Counted from the stretch's first letter, positions 37,427 to 48,198 are shown. The stretch is 64,000 nucleotides of DNA from Fervidicoccaceae archaeon (GCA_038734945.1 JAVYOA010000001.1:124001-188000); one strand, 5' to 3'. Notes: a model not told the origin generated them from the letters alone. A program made the numbers and translations.

Positions 37427-38412
37427 GCCTCCTGAGGATCAGAGATCTAACAGCATACTACTTTCTAGGAAGAAAGAGGGAGAAGGTACTGAGCGATATT
37501 GAGCTGAGCATTGAGAGGAGGGAAAGAATAGCAGTTGTTGGAGAGAGCGGCTCCGGAAAAACTACACTTGCATCCATCATAACTAGGATGGAAGCGGAGA
37601 ATCTGGAGATAGCAAGTGGGGAAGTCTTGTTCGAAGGAAGAGATCTGCTCAAGGCAAGCGAGAGCGAGCTAAGGGAGATAAGAGGTAAGGAAATCTCAGT
37701 TGTATTTCAGAACCCATCAAGCTCCCTGGATCCCCTCTATCCTGTAGGGGAGCAGATAGCAGAGGTGTTCAGAGAGCATGGCTATGGAAAAAGCGAGGCC
37801 AAAAGCGAGGCAGTTGAGCTGCTGCGAAGCGTTGGAATACCAAACCCAGAGAGATCCTACTTTTCCTATCCCCACCAGCTCTCCGGAGGTCAGAAACAGA
37901 GGGTAGCAATAGCTATAGCCATAGCGCTGAGGCCGAAGCTGCTGGTTGCTGATGAACCTACAAGCGCTTTGGACGTATCCACACAGACACAGATAATTGA
38001 CCTCCTCAACACACTTTCGCGGGAATATGGAACCTCCCTCCTCCTCATAACCCACGACATTGGAGTAGCCTATGATGCCTCCGATAGAATGGTTGTTATG
38101 TATGGGGGTAGGATCATGGAGATAGGAAGAACGGAAAAAATAGTGGAATCACCGCTTCATCCATACACGAGCTATCTTCTTTCCTCCGTCCCAATTGGCA
38201 AAAATGTAAAAAGAATTTGGAAGAGGGAGAGAAGGGCTTTTTCCCAATCCTCGAATGGATTTTCGATGGAGGGATGCCCCTTCAGTCCAAGATGTCCCCT
38301 CCCAAGCGAAAGGTGCTCTCTCTCAGCCCCTCCGCTGAAGGAAATAGACGGAAGGAGCGTCTACTGCTGGAAAGCAGAATCAGAGGTGATACTCAATGCA
38401 TGGGGGCTCTAG
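37423..38412 (+). CDS. dppD: Peptide ABC transporter ATP-binding protein
   Basis: GESGSGKT, YPHQLSGGQKQR, ADEPT, GCPFSPRC. Confidence 0.92.
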   Translation: MSLLRIRDLTAYYFLGRKREKVLSDIELSIERRERIAVVGESGSGKTTLASIITRMEAENLEIASGEVLFEGRDLLKASESELREIRGKEISVVFQNPSSSLDPLYPVGEQIAEVFREHGYGKSEAKSEAVELLRSVGIPNPERSYFSYPHQLSGGQKQRVAIAIAIALRPKLLVADEPTSALDVSTQTQIIDLLNTLSREYGTSLLLITHDIGVAYDASDRMVVMYGGRIMEIGRTEKIVESPLHPYTSYLLSSVPIGKNVKRIWKRERRAFSQSSNGFSMEGCPFSPRCPLPSERCSLSAPPLKEIDGRSVYCWKAESEVILNAWGL

Positions 38413-39352
38413 CGCGGCTTCAGTAGCCAATCTGAAGAAAATCTACAGGCTCGGAAAAGGCTTCAGGAGGTCGGTGGAGATAAGGGCCATAGATGGAATA
38501 GACCTGAGCATAGAGAAAGGAGAAGTTCTGGGACTTCTCGGAGAGAGCGGCTCCGGAAAAACAACATTGGGGAAGATTCTCGTTGGCATAGAAAGACCAT
38601 CATCCGGGAAGGCCGAGCTATTCGGAGAGAACATCGAGGAATATCTGAAGAAAAACAGGAGAAATGTCCAGATGATATTCCAGAATCCAGATACTTCGCT
38701 GAACCCAAGAATGAGAATCGGAGAAATTTTGAGGGAGGCACTTGAGGCGGGAGGAAGGAGCGGCAGTGAGCAGGAGATCAGGGAGCTGCTCGATATGGTA
38801 GGACTGGATCCAAAGATTTCCAATTACTACCCATCGCACATATCTGGAGGGCAGAAGCAGAGAGTTGCAATAGCAAGAGCCCTTGCTGTAAAGCCAAGCT
38901 TCATAGTAGGAGACGAAATTGTCTCTGGTTTGGATGCCACAGTGAAGGTTCAAATCCTCTCATTAATACGGGAGCTTCAAGAAGTCCTTGGCTTCACCCT
39001 CCTTTTCATAAGCCACGATCTTCCCATAACGAGGGCCATTAGCAACAGAGTCGCAGTCATGTATCTTGGAAAGATCGTGGAGATCCTCGATGCTGAGGAG
39101 CTAATTGAAAATCCCATGCACCCCTATACGAGGCACCTCCTCACATCTCTCCCCTCAATCTATCTGAGGGGAACAGACCTAGATGGTAAGAAGCTCCGAC
39201 TGAAGGAAACTCATTCCCCTCCCCCTATCTCAGGCTGCAAGCTTCAGACAATATGCCCGCTTGCTACTGAGAGATGCAGGAGGGAGGATCCTCCTCCTGT
39301 AATGGAGGAAAAGGGCCATGTCGTTTTTTGTCATATATACACAAAGAACTGA
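38396..39352 (+). CDS. dppF: Peptide ABC transporter ATP-binding protein
   Basis: GESGSGKT, SGGQKQR, HPYT, C-terminal Cys cluster. Confidence 0.9.
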   Translation: MHGGSSAASVANLKKIYRLGKGFRRSVEIRAIDGIDLSIEKGEVLGLLGESGSGKTTLGKILVGIERPSSGKAELFGENIEEYLKKNRRNVQMIFQNPDTSLNPRMRIGEILREALEAGGRSGSEQEIRELLDMVGLDPKISNYYPSHISGGQKQRVAIARALAVKPSFIVGDEIVSGLDATVKVQILSLIRELQEVLGFTLLFISHDLPITRAISNRVAVMYLGKIVEILDAEELIENPMHPYTRHLLTSLPSIYLRGTDLDGKKLRLKETHSPPPISGCKLQTICPLATERCRREDPPPVMEEKGHVVFCHIYTKN

Positions 39353-39368
39353 GAGAGGCGTGTAAAAA

Positions 39369-40640
39369 ATGAAAACAAACAAAATTGTCATAGATAATGT
39401 GAGAATATTCTCATCTGAGAGGATGAATCTAATAGAGAATGGAACAGTAGTTGTGGAAAATGGAAAGATAGTGGAAGCTGGAAGCAAGGGAAGCGTGGAG
39501 CTACCCCAAGATGCCCATCTCATAGATGGAAGAGGAAGGGTAGCCCTTCCTGGCCTAATCGATGCCCATCTCCACATAACTGGAATGAGGACAGGGGATA
39601 GCGTGAAGGAACCCCTCCTTACTCCAATGGGAGTGTTCTTTGCCAGGGGCGTGAAGGATCTGGAGAGGCTGATAAACGCAGGATTCACAACCATAGTGGA
39701 TGCGGGTGGCATAGTTGCCCTTCACCTGAGAGAGGCCGTCAGCGAGGGAACAATTGTTGGACCTAGAATATTTGCTGCTGGCTTCTCCCTCTCCCCAACC
39801 TTTGGTCATGGAGACGTGCACTACATGCCTGTTGAATATGTTGATGCAAGGACCAGCAAGTTCATGAAGCCACTTAAGGGGCTAATATGTGATGGAGAAG
39901 CGGAATGCAGGAAGGCAGCCAGGTATGCGCTGAGAGAGGGAGCAGATTTCATAAAGGTAATGGCTACAGGTGGTGTGCTATCTCAGAGAGACAGACCAGA
40001 GTACAGACAATTCACACTAGAGGAGCTCAAGGTAATAGTTGATGAAGCCAGAGCGGCGAAAAGATTCGTTCACGCTCATGCTCAGGGAAAGGAGGGAATA
40101 ATTAATGCACTCAATGCTGGAGTCAAGGTGATTGCCCATGCCATATACATGGATGAGGAAGCTGCGGAGCTTGCAAAGGAGAAAGATGCTGTAGTAGTTC
40201 CAACGCTTGCCATAGTACACAAAATACTTGAAGTTGGAGCAAAGGCCGGTATACCTGAGTGGGGGCTCAGGAAATCAGAAGAAGTCTTCAAGGAGCACGT
40301 GGAGAATGCTAGAAAGGCAAGAAAGCTGGGTGTGAAGCTGGCAACAGGGACCGACTTCCTTGGAGGATTCTTCCCACACGGGGAAAACGCCCTCGAGCTG
40401 AAGCTGTTTGTTGAGAAGCTCGGCATGTCCCCAGCAGAGGCAATAAGAGCTTCAACGGAAGTCGCTTCTGAAGTGGCTGGAATGAAGGAGATCCTTGGAA
40501 AAATAGAGAAGGGAAAACTGGCCGATTTAGTGCTTGTCAGAGAGAATCCTCTGCTCAGCATAGACTCCCTACTGAAAGCGGAGAACATAGAGCTAGTTAT
40601 GAAGGGGGGAGAAATAGTAAAAAACTCCCTTCCTGAATAG
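39369..40640 (+). CDS. Amidohydrolase family Xaa-Pro dipeptidase-like protein
   Basis: PGLIDAHLH, GHGD, IKVMATGGV, HAHA, GTD; follows the peptide ABC operon. Confidence 0.85.
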   Translation: MKTNKIVIDNVRIFSSERMNLIENGTVVVENGKIVEAGSKGSVELPQDAHLIDGRGRVALPGLIDAHLHITGMRTGDSVKEPLLTPMGVFFARGVKDLERLINAGFTTIVDAGGIVALHLREAVSEGTIVGPRIFAAGFSLSPTFGHGDVHYMPVEYVDARTSKFMKPLKGLICDGEAECRKAARYALREGADFIKVMATGGVLSQRDRPEYRQFTLEELKVIVDEARAAKRFVHAHAQGKEGIINALNAGVKVIAHAIYMDEEAAELAKEKDAVVVPTLAIVHKILEVGAKAGIPEWGLRKSEEVFKEHVENARKARKLGVKLATGTDFLGGFFPHGENALELKLFVEKLGMSPAEAIRASTEVASEVAGMKEILGKIEKGKLADLVLVRENPLLSIDSLLKAENIELVMKGGEIVKNSLPE

Positions 40641-40642
40641 CA

Positions 40643-41824
40643 TCAAGATCGCTTAACTTTTTCAGCCATCAAACCTGCTATTTTTTTGAGCTCCTCCAGA
40701 TCACTTGTTGTGGGCTTCACATTTATCTTCACTCCTCCAATATACTCCAGTCCCAAGCTCCTGAGAGCTTCTTCAATTTCCTTGTCCGCCCCTGTCCCCC
40801 ACAGATATGTTACAACAGATGCAGCATATTTCAGCGGAGGCCTGAGGAGCTTAGCAACATTCAGATACAGTGCTGCCATTGGATGAACATGGGCCTCCAG
40901 CGTCGATGAAGCCAGCACTATGCCTCTCGAATCAACAAAATCCGCTGCTACATCCCCGGGATCAGCAAGGGAAGCATCATGCATTGCCACCTCAACTCCC
41001 CTAGCCCTCAGTTCCGATGCTATTAGCTCAGCAGCACTCAAGGCATGCCCCCACATAGATACAAACAAAACAGTAACCTTCTCTTTTGTTTTTCCCTCGC
41101 TCCAGTCTTTGTACAGCTGCATTATCTCGCCTGTCCTCCTGTATATTGGACCATGCGAAGGAGCTATCATTTTTATATTCAATCCGGAGATCTTCTGCAG
41201 AGCCTTCAAAGCATTCGTCCTGAAGGGCATCATTATCTCACCCCAGTACCTCTTTGCGTGATAAAGGACGTCATCAACCTCATCGCTCCAGAGCCCATTA
41301 GCCAAATGCGCTCCAAAGAAGTCACATGGGAACAAAATTCCGCGTTCTTCCAGAAAAGTGAACATGGTCTCGGGCCAGTGGAGCATTGGAGCCTCGATGA
41401 ACTTCAATGTGTATTTTCCCAGATTTATCCTGTCTCCATCCCTCACAATAGCAATTCTCTCTTGCGGAATGTCGTAGAATAGCCTTACATACTTTGCTCC
41501 AAGTTGAGTAGTAACCAGCTTTATCTCCTTGCTCATGCTCAGCACTCTTGCAACTGCTCCAGCATGGTCAGGCTCAGCATGATTCATTACCAGATACTTT
41601 ATTCTCTCTGGTTCGATGACCGATTTTATTCTGCTCTCCAGAACATCCTCGAAGCCAGGATTAACCGTATCAATTACAGCAGCTCCCTCTTCTCCGACAA
41701 CTAAGTAGGAATTATAAGATGTCCCCCTTGGGAGGCGAATGAGGGAATCAAAGAGGGTTCTCGAGTAGTCCCTGGCTCCAATCCAGAAGACATTCCTATC
41801 TATTTCAACAGCTCTCAATAACAA
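40643..41824 (-). CDS. fprA: Flavodiiron protein (FprA, O2/NO reductase family)
   Basis: GTSYNSY, NHAEPDHAG, HWPE, DFFGAH, PSHG, flavodoxin-like SMWGH. Confidence 0.9.
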   Translation of the reverse strand: MLLRAVEIDRNVFWIGARDYSRTLFDSLIRLPRGTSYNSYLVVGEEGAAVIDTVNPGFEDVLESRIKSVIEPERIKYLVMNHAEPDHAGAVARVLSMSKEIKLVTTQLGAKYVRLFYDIPQERIAIVRDGDRINLGKYTLKFIEAPMLHWPETMFTFLEERGILFPCDFFGAHLANGLWSDEVDDVLYHAKRYWGEIMMPFRTNALKALQKISGLNIKMIAPSHGPIYRRTGEIMQLYKDWSEGKTKEKVTVLFVSMWGHALSAAELIASELRARGVEVAMHDASLADPGDVAADFVDSRGIVLASSTLEAHVHPMAALYLNVAKLLRPPLKYAASVVTYLWGTGADKEIEEALRSLGLEYIGGVKINVKPTTSDLEELKKIAGLMAEKVKRS

Positions 41825-41964
41825 ATCAGGACACCAATATTACATGGGGAATTCCCCCATTTATTCATTGTCTTTATCAGCGACAATCGTTATTTTTGAT
41901 TGAAAAAGATTAAATATATGGTTTAGTTTACAGAACTATTGAATATTCTAACCCACAAAAGTAG

Positions 41965-43338
41965 GTGGATTTTCTAATGGGAGGTGGAAAAAGAACCCTA
42001 TCTTCTGCAGCAGTAGCAACAATAGCAATAATAATCGTGATCCTTGCAGTAATCGGAATATACTTGGCCACAAGGGGAGGAGCGCCTACAACCACTACGG
42101 TTTCTCCAACAACAACTCCTCTAACAAACACGACAGCGCCTCCAAAGCAAATATACATAGGTCTCGTTGAGCCCCTAACAGGAAGCTATGCTGTCTTTGG
42201 TCAAGAGGCGCAGCAGGCTGCCCAGCTGATAGTTGACATAATAAACAACGAGCTGGGCGGGATAAAATCCATGGGAGGAGCAAAGCTCGTACTTGTGACT
42301 GAGGATGCTGGAGGGACGCCTGAGAGTGCGAGGCTAGCAGCCCAGAAGCTCATATCAACGTACCATGTTCCCATAATGCTGGGCGCATATGTTTCCAGAT
42401 TCACTTCTGCCATGGCAGCCGTGACCGAGCAGAACAAAGTCATACTAGTGACCGATGCTCTTGTGGACTCACTAACCCAGCAGGGATGGCAGTACATATT
42501 CAGAGTAGCTCCAAAGGCCAGCGCCCATGGTAAGGCAGCAGTGGACTTTGTTCTAGATATGGCAAAGAAAACAAATACAACAATTAAGACAGCGGTAGTT
42601 CTCAACGAGGACTCTATTTTCGGAACAACTGTAGCTAATGGAGCAGTCCTGGAGCTCGTGTCAAACGGAATAGAGGTGGTTTCTCACATAACATATCCAT
42701 ATGACATTTCCGATGTAACTCCAATCATCAACCAAATCAAGCAGCTCAATGCAGACATTCTCATATCTGTTCCATATTTCAACGATGGGGTCCTTCTTGC
42801 CAAGGCCATTCAGGCAGCAGGCCTCAAGTTCGCCTTCATAGCGGGCGCCGGAGCATGTGGATACACAGATCCCGATTCGATAAAGGCAGCAGGAAACGCT
42901 GTGCTCTACTACACTAACACATACAGCTACAACCCCGCTCGCCCCACTCAATGGAACCAGAAAGTTGTATCAATGTTCGAGCAGAGATATGGAAAGCTTC
43001 CAACAGAGGGGGCAGGAATAATCTTCTACTCTCTCCTGACAGTATATGAAGCTCTCGAGAAGGCAGGAAAGATGTTTCCCAACGACCCCCTTAATCCAGA
43101 CAATTTGAGAGCTGCATTCATGAGCCTTGACCTCAATGACACAAACAGCATAGCAGCCCAGCTTTATCCATCTGGGCACATAAAGTTCTCTCCTGATGGA
43201 GATAACCTGTATCCGCAGACGGCAATTCTGCAGGTTCAGCTGGTCAGCGGCAATCTAACTCCAGTTGTTGTGTGGCCAGAGGCTCAGCCAGGATTCTCAG
43301 CAATCTTTCCAAGGCCTGGCTGGGCTCCATCCAAATGA
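41965..43338 (+). CDS. livK: Branched-chain amino acid-type ABC substrate-binding protein
   Basis: TM helix plus Thr linker, IGLVEPLTGSYA, INNELGG, YIFRVAP; start may be ATG 41977. Confidence 0.85.
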   Translation: MDFLMGGGKRTLSSAAVATIAIIIVILAVIGIYLATRGGAPTTTTVSPTTTPLTNTTAPPKQIYIGLVEPLTGSYAVFGQEAQQAAQLIVDIINNELGGIKSMGGAKLVLVTEDAGGTPESARLAAQKLISTYHVPIMLGAYVSRFTSAMAAVTEQNKVILVTDALVDSLTQQGWQYIFRVAPKASAHGKAAVDFVLDMAKKTNTTIKTAVVLNEDSIFGTTVANGAVLELVSNGIEVVSHITYPYDISDVTPIINQIKQLNADILISVPYFNDGVLLAKAIQAAGLKFAFIAGAGACGYTDPDSIKAAGNAVLYYTNTYSYNPARPTQWNQKVVSMFEQRYGKLPTEGAGIIFYSLLTVYEALEKAGKMFPNDPLNPDNLRAAFMSLDLNDTNSIAAQLYPSGHIKFSPDGDNLYPQTAILQVQLVSGNLTPVVVWPEAQPGFSAIFPRPGWAPSK

Positions 43339-43373
43339 TTTTTTTAAAAAAATAAAAAAGGAGGCTCATCACA

Positions 43374-44243
43374 ATGATCTCCCCAACTCTAGTGCTGCAG
43401 AACACGGTAGACGGAATATTCCTAGGCCTCTTCTACTCCCTCGTTGCAATTGGGTTGGCGCTCATTTTCGGGGTAATGGACATAATAAACTTCGCTCATG
43501 GAGACCTCCTCATGCTAGCCGCATATTTTGCCTGGCTGGGCTCTGTCGACCTCTCAACCGATCCATCGATAACAGCTTTACTCCTAGTTCCCACATTCTT
43601 CATCCTTGGCATTGGGCTTTACTACGGCTTGATACAGCCGGTAATTGGCAAGGAACCCCTCATACAGATAGCTGTAACAGTTGGCTTTGGGCTCATATTG
43701 CAGAACATTGCATTGGCAACATTCAAGGCAGAACCAAAGGCGGTGCCTTACTCAATATTTAACTTCAGCTATTCAATTGGGCCTCTAACGCTCTATGCAT
43801 CAAAGCTCTTCATAGCTGCAGTGAGCCTCGCAACTCTCTTGGCTCTTCACCTTTTTTTGAATAGGACACATCTTGGACTTGCCATGAGATCCATAGCAGA
43901 TAACAGAGAGATAGCACAGCTGATGGGAATAAACGTGAAGAAACTCTATGCCCTCACGTTTGGACTGGGAACATCTCTCATAGCCCTCTCGGCCTCTCTC
44001 TGGATGACCTTTGGCCAGGTGCAACCATACCTGGGAACGTCTTTCAGCTTGATTTCCTGGGTAATAGTTGCTCTGGGAGGTCTAGGAGGGGTCGTAGGAG
44101 TGCTGTACTCAGGAATTATAGTAGGACTAGCCGAATCTTTAGGAGGGCTTTTGCTCACTCCCTCAGCCAGGATGGCAGTTGTCTATGTTGTCTTCTTCCT
44201 CGTCCTCTGGTTCAAGCCAAGAGGCCTGTTTGGAAGGAGGTAG
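43374..44243 (+). CDS. livH: Branched-chain amino acid ABC permease
   Basis: GLALIFGVMDIINFAHG, GGLG, KPRGLFG. Confidence 0.9.
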   Translation: MISPTLVLQNTVDGIFLGLFYSLVAIGLALIFGVMDIINFAHGDLLMLAAYFAWLGSVDLSTDPSITALLLVPTFFILGIGLYYGLIQPVIGKEPLIQIAVTVGFGLILQNIALATFKAEPKAVPYSIFNFSYSIGPLTLYASKLFIAAVSLATLLALHLFLNRTHLGLAMRSIADNREIAQLMGINVKKLYALTFGLGTSLIALSASLWMTFGQVQPYLGTSFSLISWVIVALGGLGGVVGVLYSGIIVGLAESLGGLLLTPSARMAVVYVVFFLVLWFKPRGLFGRR

Positions 44244-44248
44244 GAAGC

Positions 44249-45241
44249 ATGCATCTTAGGCTCCCCCTTCCAAAAAGCATTTTATTGGAGACAGCCCTCC
44301 TAGCTCTATTCCTAGCAGCTATATCAGCTCTTCTCATTGGTAATGCCTACTACACTCTACTCGCCGCAACAGTAGTTCTATTTTCCTCCATGGTGGTAGC
44401 ATGGAACGTAATAGGAGGCTATGCTGGGCAGCTGGATCTGGGAGCATATGCATACATGGGATTCGGAGGGATAATCACTGCTGAGCTATGGATAAAAACC
44501 GGCTTACCACCAATAATTGGAATCTTCGTAGGTGGTGCTGCCTCATCCCTTCTCGCCGTATTGATAGGAATACCAACGTTCAGGTTTGGAATAAAGGAGG
44601 TATGGTATGCTCTCTTGACAGCAGCTCTGGTGGTAATATTCAACAATATTGCCAGGCTTCTCATGGGTCCCTTTGACTACTATCTTCCGTCTGACAGCGG
44701 GCTGCTCTACCTGAAATTCAACAACTATGAGCTCATGTATGCAATATCCTCGGCTTTCCTGCTAGCCGCCTTCCTCATAAACTTTCTAATAGAGAGGTCA
44801 AAGGTGGGCTACTATCTCAGGGCAATAAGGGAAGATGAGCTGGCCGCCGAGATGATTGGAATAGACACAAGAAGATACAAGCTCTATGCACTCATGATAT
44901 ATTCGTTCCTCCTTGGAACAATGGGCTATATATACATAGTCTTGGCTGCCAGCTTTTCCTATAGAATTTTCGACAGCAGCGCTTCTCTTAGCATAGCGAT
45001 TATGGGGATCATTGGGGGACTGGGAAGCGTGGAGGGAGCAATAGCGTCATCCATGATCCTCAGATCCCTAGGAGAATACTTCAGAAGTAGCTTCGGCTCA
45101 ACCTTTCCAGGACTGGATCTCCTTCTCTATGGAACGGTTCTCATACTCATGGGAATATTCCAACCGGAGGGTCTGGTAAGTATGTTCAATCTAATTAAGA
45201 GGAAATTGGGTGTGATGACAAATGAGCGAGATCATCCTTGA
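44249..45241 (+). CDS. livM: Branched-chain amino acid ABC permease
   Basis: WNVIGGYAGQ, RAIREDELAAE, PEGL. Confidence 0.9.
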   Translation: MHLRLPLPKSILLETALLALFLAAISALLIGNAYYTLLAATVVLFSSMVVAWNVIGGYAGQLDLGAYAYMGFGGIITAELWIKTGLPPIIGIFVGGAASSLLAVLIGIPTFRFGIKEVWYALLTAALVVIFNNIARLLMGPFDYYLPSDSGLLYLKFNNYELMYAISSAFLLAAFLINFLIERSKVGYYLRAIREDELAAEMIGIDTRRYKLYALMIYSFLLGTMGYIYIVLAASFSYRIFDSSASLSIAIMGIIGGLGSVEGAIASSMILRSLGEYFRSSFGSTFPGLDLLLYGTVLILMGIFQPEGLVSMFNLIKRKLGVMTNERDHP

Positions 45242-45953
45242 AACTAGAAATCTAGTGAAGAGATTCGGAGGGATCACAGCTGTCAACAAGGTGAACTTCT
45301 TGGTGAAAAGAGGAGAAATAGTTGGGCTTATAGGCCCGAACGGAGCAGGAAAGACAACACTATTCAACTGCATCACCGGGACGCTCCGTCCAGATGGAGG
45401 GAGCATACTCTTTGAGGGAAGGAACATAGCAGGGCTCCTCTCCCATAAAATAGCTAAGCTGGGAATAGCAAGGACCTGGCAAATTGTCAGACCATTCAGA
45501 AAGATGACTGTTCTAGATGCGATAACAGTTGGAGCGCTGCTGAGGCATAATGACATAGAAGTAGCCAGGGAGAAAGCGAAGGAAAGCGCGCTATTCCTTG
45601 GACTGCCGGAGAGCATACTTGAGAGAAGGGGGGATGAAATAACTCTAATGCAGCACAAGCTGGTGGACATGGCGAGGGCCCTAGCAACAGAACCTAAGCT
45701 TCTACTTATAGACGAAGTTGGCTCTGGGCTCAGGCCTGGAGAGCTGAGCTCTATGATTGAAACAATTCAGAGAATTAACAGAGAGAAAAACATAACCCTT
45801 GTCGTTGTGGAGCACATAATGAGGCTTGTCATGAGCATTAGCAAGAGAATCGTTGTAATGCATGAGGGAAGAATCATAGCAGATGGAAAGCCAGAGGAGA
45901 TCTCCAACGATCCCCAAGTTATTCAGGCCTATCTTGGAACAAAGCCTGTATAG
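45222..45953 (+). CDS. livG: Branched-chain amino acid ABC ATP-binding protein
   Basis: FGGITAV, GPNGAGKTT, GIARTWQ, AYLG. Confidence 0.9.
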   Translation: MSEIILETRNLVKRFGGITAVNKVNFLVKRGEIVGLIGPNGAGKTTLFNCITGTLRPDGGSILFEGRNIAGLLSHKIAKLGIARTWQIVRPFRKMTVLDAITVGALLRHNDIEVAREKAKESALFLGLPESILERRGDEITLMQHKLVDMARALATEPKLLLIDEVGSGLRPGELSSMIETIQRINREKNITLVVVEHIMRLVMSISKRIVVMHEGRIIADGKPEEISNDPQVIQAYLGTKPV

Positions 45954-45964
45954 AGAGTGAGAGA

Positions 45965-46681
45965 ATGAATGAGGGATTAGCGCTATCAAATGTTTCAGCA
46001 GGATATGGAGATTTCATCATACTACATTCAGTATCCATGGAAGTTCCTACTGGAAAGATAACCGTCTTGGTCGGTCCAAATGGGGCAGGAAAGACAACAA
46101 CTCTCAAGACAATAATGGGCATCTCCCGACTCAGAGAAGGAAGCATAACTTTCGATGGAAACGACATAACTAGGTTGCCAACACATAGGAGGGTTGAGCT
46201 TGGCATAACTCTGGTTCCCGAAGGAAGAGGGCTCTTCTCCTCTTTGACCGTTAAGGAGAACCTCCTAATAGGTGCTTACACAAGGAGAGCTAGAGAGAAA
46301 ATCCAGGACACAATGGAGATGGTCTTTTCTATATTTCCAAAGCTCAAAGAGAGGCTGGATCAGAGGGCTGGAACCCTGTCTGGAGGAGAGGCGCAGATGC
46401 TGGCTATAGCCAGAGGGCTAATGAGCATGCCAAGAGTCCTCCTGCTCGATGAACCTAGCCAGGGGCTTGCCCCCCTCATAGTCATGGAGCTTTTCCGGAC
46501 AATAGCAAGACTTAACGAGGAGTTCAAGCTAACCATATTCCTTGTAGAGCAGCACGTTAAAGAATCTCTTGAACTTGCTGAAATGGCATATGTAATGGAG
46601 CAAGGCTCCATTGTAATGAGAGGGAAGGGAAGCGAGATCTTAGAGGATCCCTCTCTTAGAAAGGCCTACCTTGTTTATTAA
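45965..46681 (+). CDS. livF: Branched-chain amino acid ABC ATP-binding protein
   Basis: GPNGAGKTT, VPEGR, LSGGE, DEPSQGLAP. Confidence 0.92.
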   Translation: MNEGLALSNVSAGYGDFIILHSVSMEVPTGKITVLVGPNGAGKTTTLKTIMGISRLREGSITFDGNDITRLPTHRRVELGITLVPEGRGLFSSLTVKENLLIGAYTRRAREKIQDTMEMVFSIFPKLKERLDQRAGTLSGGEAQMLAIARGLMSMPRVLLLDEPSQGLAPLIVMELFRTIARLNEEFKLTIFLVEQHVKESLELAEMAYVMEQGSIVMRGKGSEILEDPSLRKAYLVY

Positions 46682-46779
46682 TAGCAAAAACAACGCTCTA
46701 AACTTCTTGGAGCGATTTTTAAAAAATTAATAACAAACTGAGCTCTATGCTTTTATATTGGAAAGAAGAAAATCACAGT

Positions 46780-47754
46780 TCACTGTTTTTTATCTGGAAC
46801 TATCTTGGTTCCGCTCTTTTCCTCAAGTATCTCCTTCAGTTTGTACAGATGCCCTATATAGGCAGCCTTTCCTGTTCTCTCCGCAAACCTCACAGCGGCC
46901 TTTACCTTTGGCCCCATGCTTCCTGAGCCAAACACACCTTGCTCAAGTAGCTTCTTTGCCTCACTCACTGTTAGCTCTCTAAGAAGCTTCTGATCGGGCT
47001 TCCCAAAGTTCAGGTAAGCCCCCTCAACATCAGTGAGAATGACGAATATGTCTCCACCGACAACCGATGCCAGGAGCTGTGCACCAAGGTCCTTATCTAT
47101 GACAGCTTCCCTTCCATAAACTCTGCCCTTCTCATCCTTGACAACAGGAATGCCCCCACCTCCGCTTGCAATGACTATGAAGTCGTTTTCGTAGAGGAGC
47201 TTTATGGCATCCTTCTCGATATTATCAACTACATCTGGAGATGGAACAACCCTCCTGTAACCGCCTCTGGGATCCGCCTTCATAGCCCATCCCCTCTCTT
47301 CCCTCAATTTCTCAACCACGGCCGCGTCATAATAGTACGGTCCTATGTACTTGGTTGGGTTGTTCCAAGCAGGATCGTCCTTCTTGACCTCAACCTGATT
47401 GATGATTGTAACCACTCTATACCTATGATCCAAGTTCTCTTCTATCAGAACATTTTGTATAGCCTGCTGTAGCATGTACCCTATCCATCCCTGCGTCATT
47501 GCTCCAGCTATGTCCATGGAGAGCGGAGGGATCTTGTCCTTGAGTGCTTCCATCCATTCCAAGACATTTCCAACCTGTGGACCATTTCCATGGGTCACTA
47601 CTACCTTGTAGCCGCTCTTGACCAGATCAACTATTTGCCTTGCAGCAGCATACACGTTCTTCCATTGCTCCTCAACAGTTCCCTTCTCGTTCTTCTGAAG
47701 GAAAGCGTTTCCTCCTAGGGCTATAACAACCAGCTTTTTCCTACTATCATCCAA
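46780..47754 (-). CDS. arcC: Carbamate kinase
   Basis: ALGGNA, HGNGPQVG, RRVVPSP, AVIDKD, GSMGPK. Confidence 0.95.
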   Translation of the reverse strand: MDDSRKKLVVIALGGNAFLQKNEKGTVEEQWKNVYAAARQIVDLVKSGYKVVVTHGNGPQVGNVLEWMEALKDKIPPLSMDIAGAMTQGWIGYMLQQAIQNVLIEENLDHRYRVVTIINQVEVKKDDPAWNNPTKYIGPYYYDAAVVEKLREERGWAMKADPRGGYRRVVPSPDVVDNIEKDAIKLLYENDFIVIASGGGGIPVVKDEKGRVYGREAVIDKDLGAQLLASVVGGDIFVILTDVEGAYLNFGKPDQKLLRELTVSEAKKLLEQGVFGSGSMGPKVKAAVRFAERTGKAAYIGHLYKLKEILEEKSGTKIVPDKKQ

Positions 47755-47850
47755 ACCATCTCACCTTTCATGCTTCTGATTCAAGTGCGAACTCTATTAA
47801 AAGAGATATGGAGACATTTTTTAATTTTTCTTCTAATAAATCTATATCTT

Positions 47851-48198
47851 TTATCTTCTTTCCAAAGAATAATAATATTCATAGAGGCTTTCCAGCTCTT
47901 CCTCGCTCTTTCCCTTCATCCAATCAACCAGAATTTCTCTGTCCTCGGGATGCTTGGCGAAGTAGTATATTGAAAAGCTGCATACAGGCTCAATTTTTAG
48001 CCCTCTCCTTCTTGCATCCTCAATAGCTGCCTTAACTAACATCTCACCTAAACCCCTCCCCCTGAACTGAGGAGGGGTGTATGTGTGAAGAAGCCTCATA
48101 ATTCTAAGCTCTTCAATGACTTCAAACTTGAGTAGAGCCCTTTTTCCGTTTGGCAGTTCTATGTAGAACTCAGAGTCGTTCAGCTTTACGCTCTCCAA
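47851..48198 (-). CDS. Small GNAT acetyltransferase (YjdJ-like)
   Basis: HTYTPPQFRGRGLG, PVCSF. Confidence 0.85.
   Translation of the reverse strand: MESVKLNDSEFYIELPNGKRALLKFEVIEELRIMRLLHTYTPPQFRGRGLGEMLVKAAIEDARRRGLKIEPVCSFSIYYFAKHPEDREILVDWMKGKSEEELESLYEYYYSLERR

Noticed and set aside
37539..38566. Identical ~25-nt stretch GGAGAGAGCGGCTCCGGAAAAAC in two genes
   Set aside because: Walker A coding sequence of the paralogous dppD and dppF ATPases
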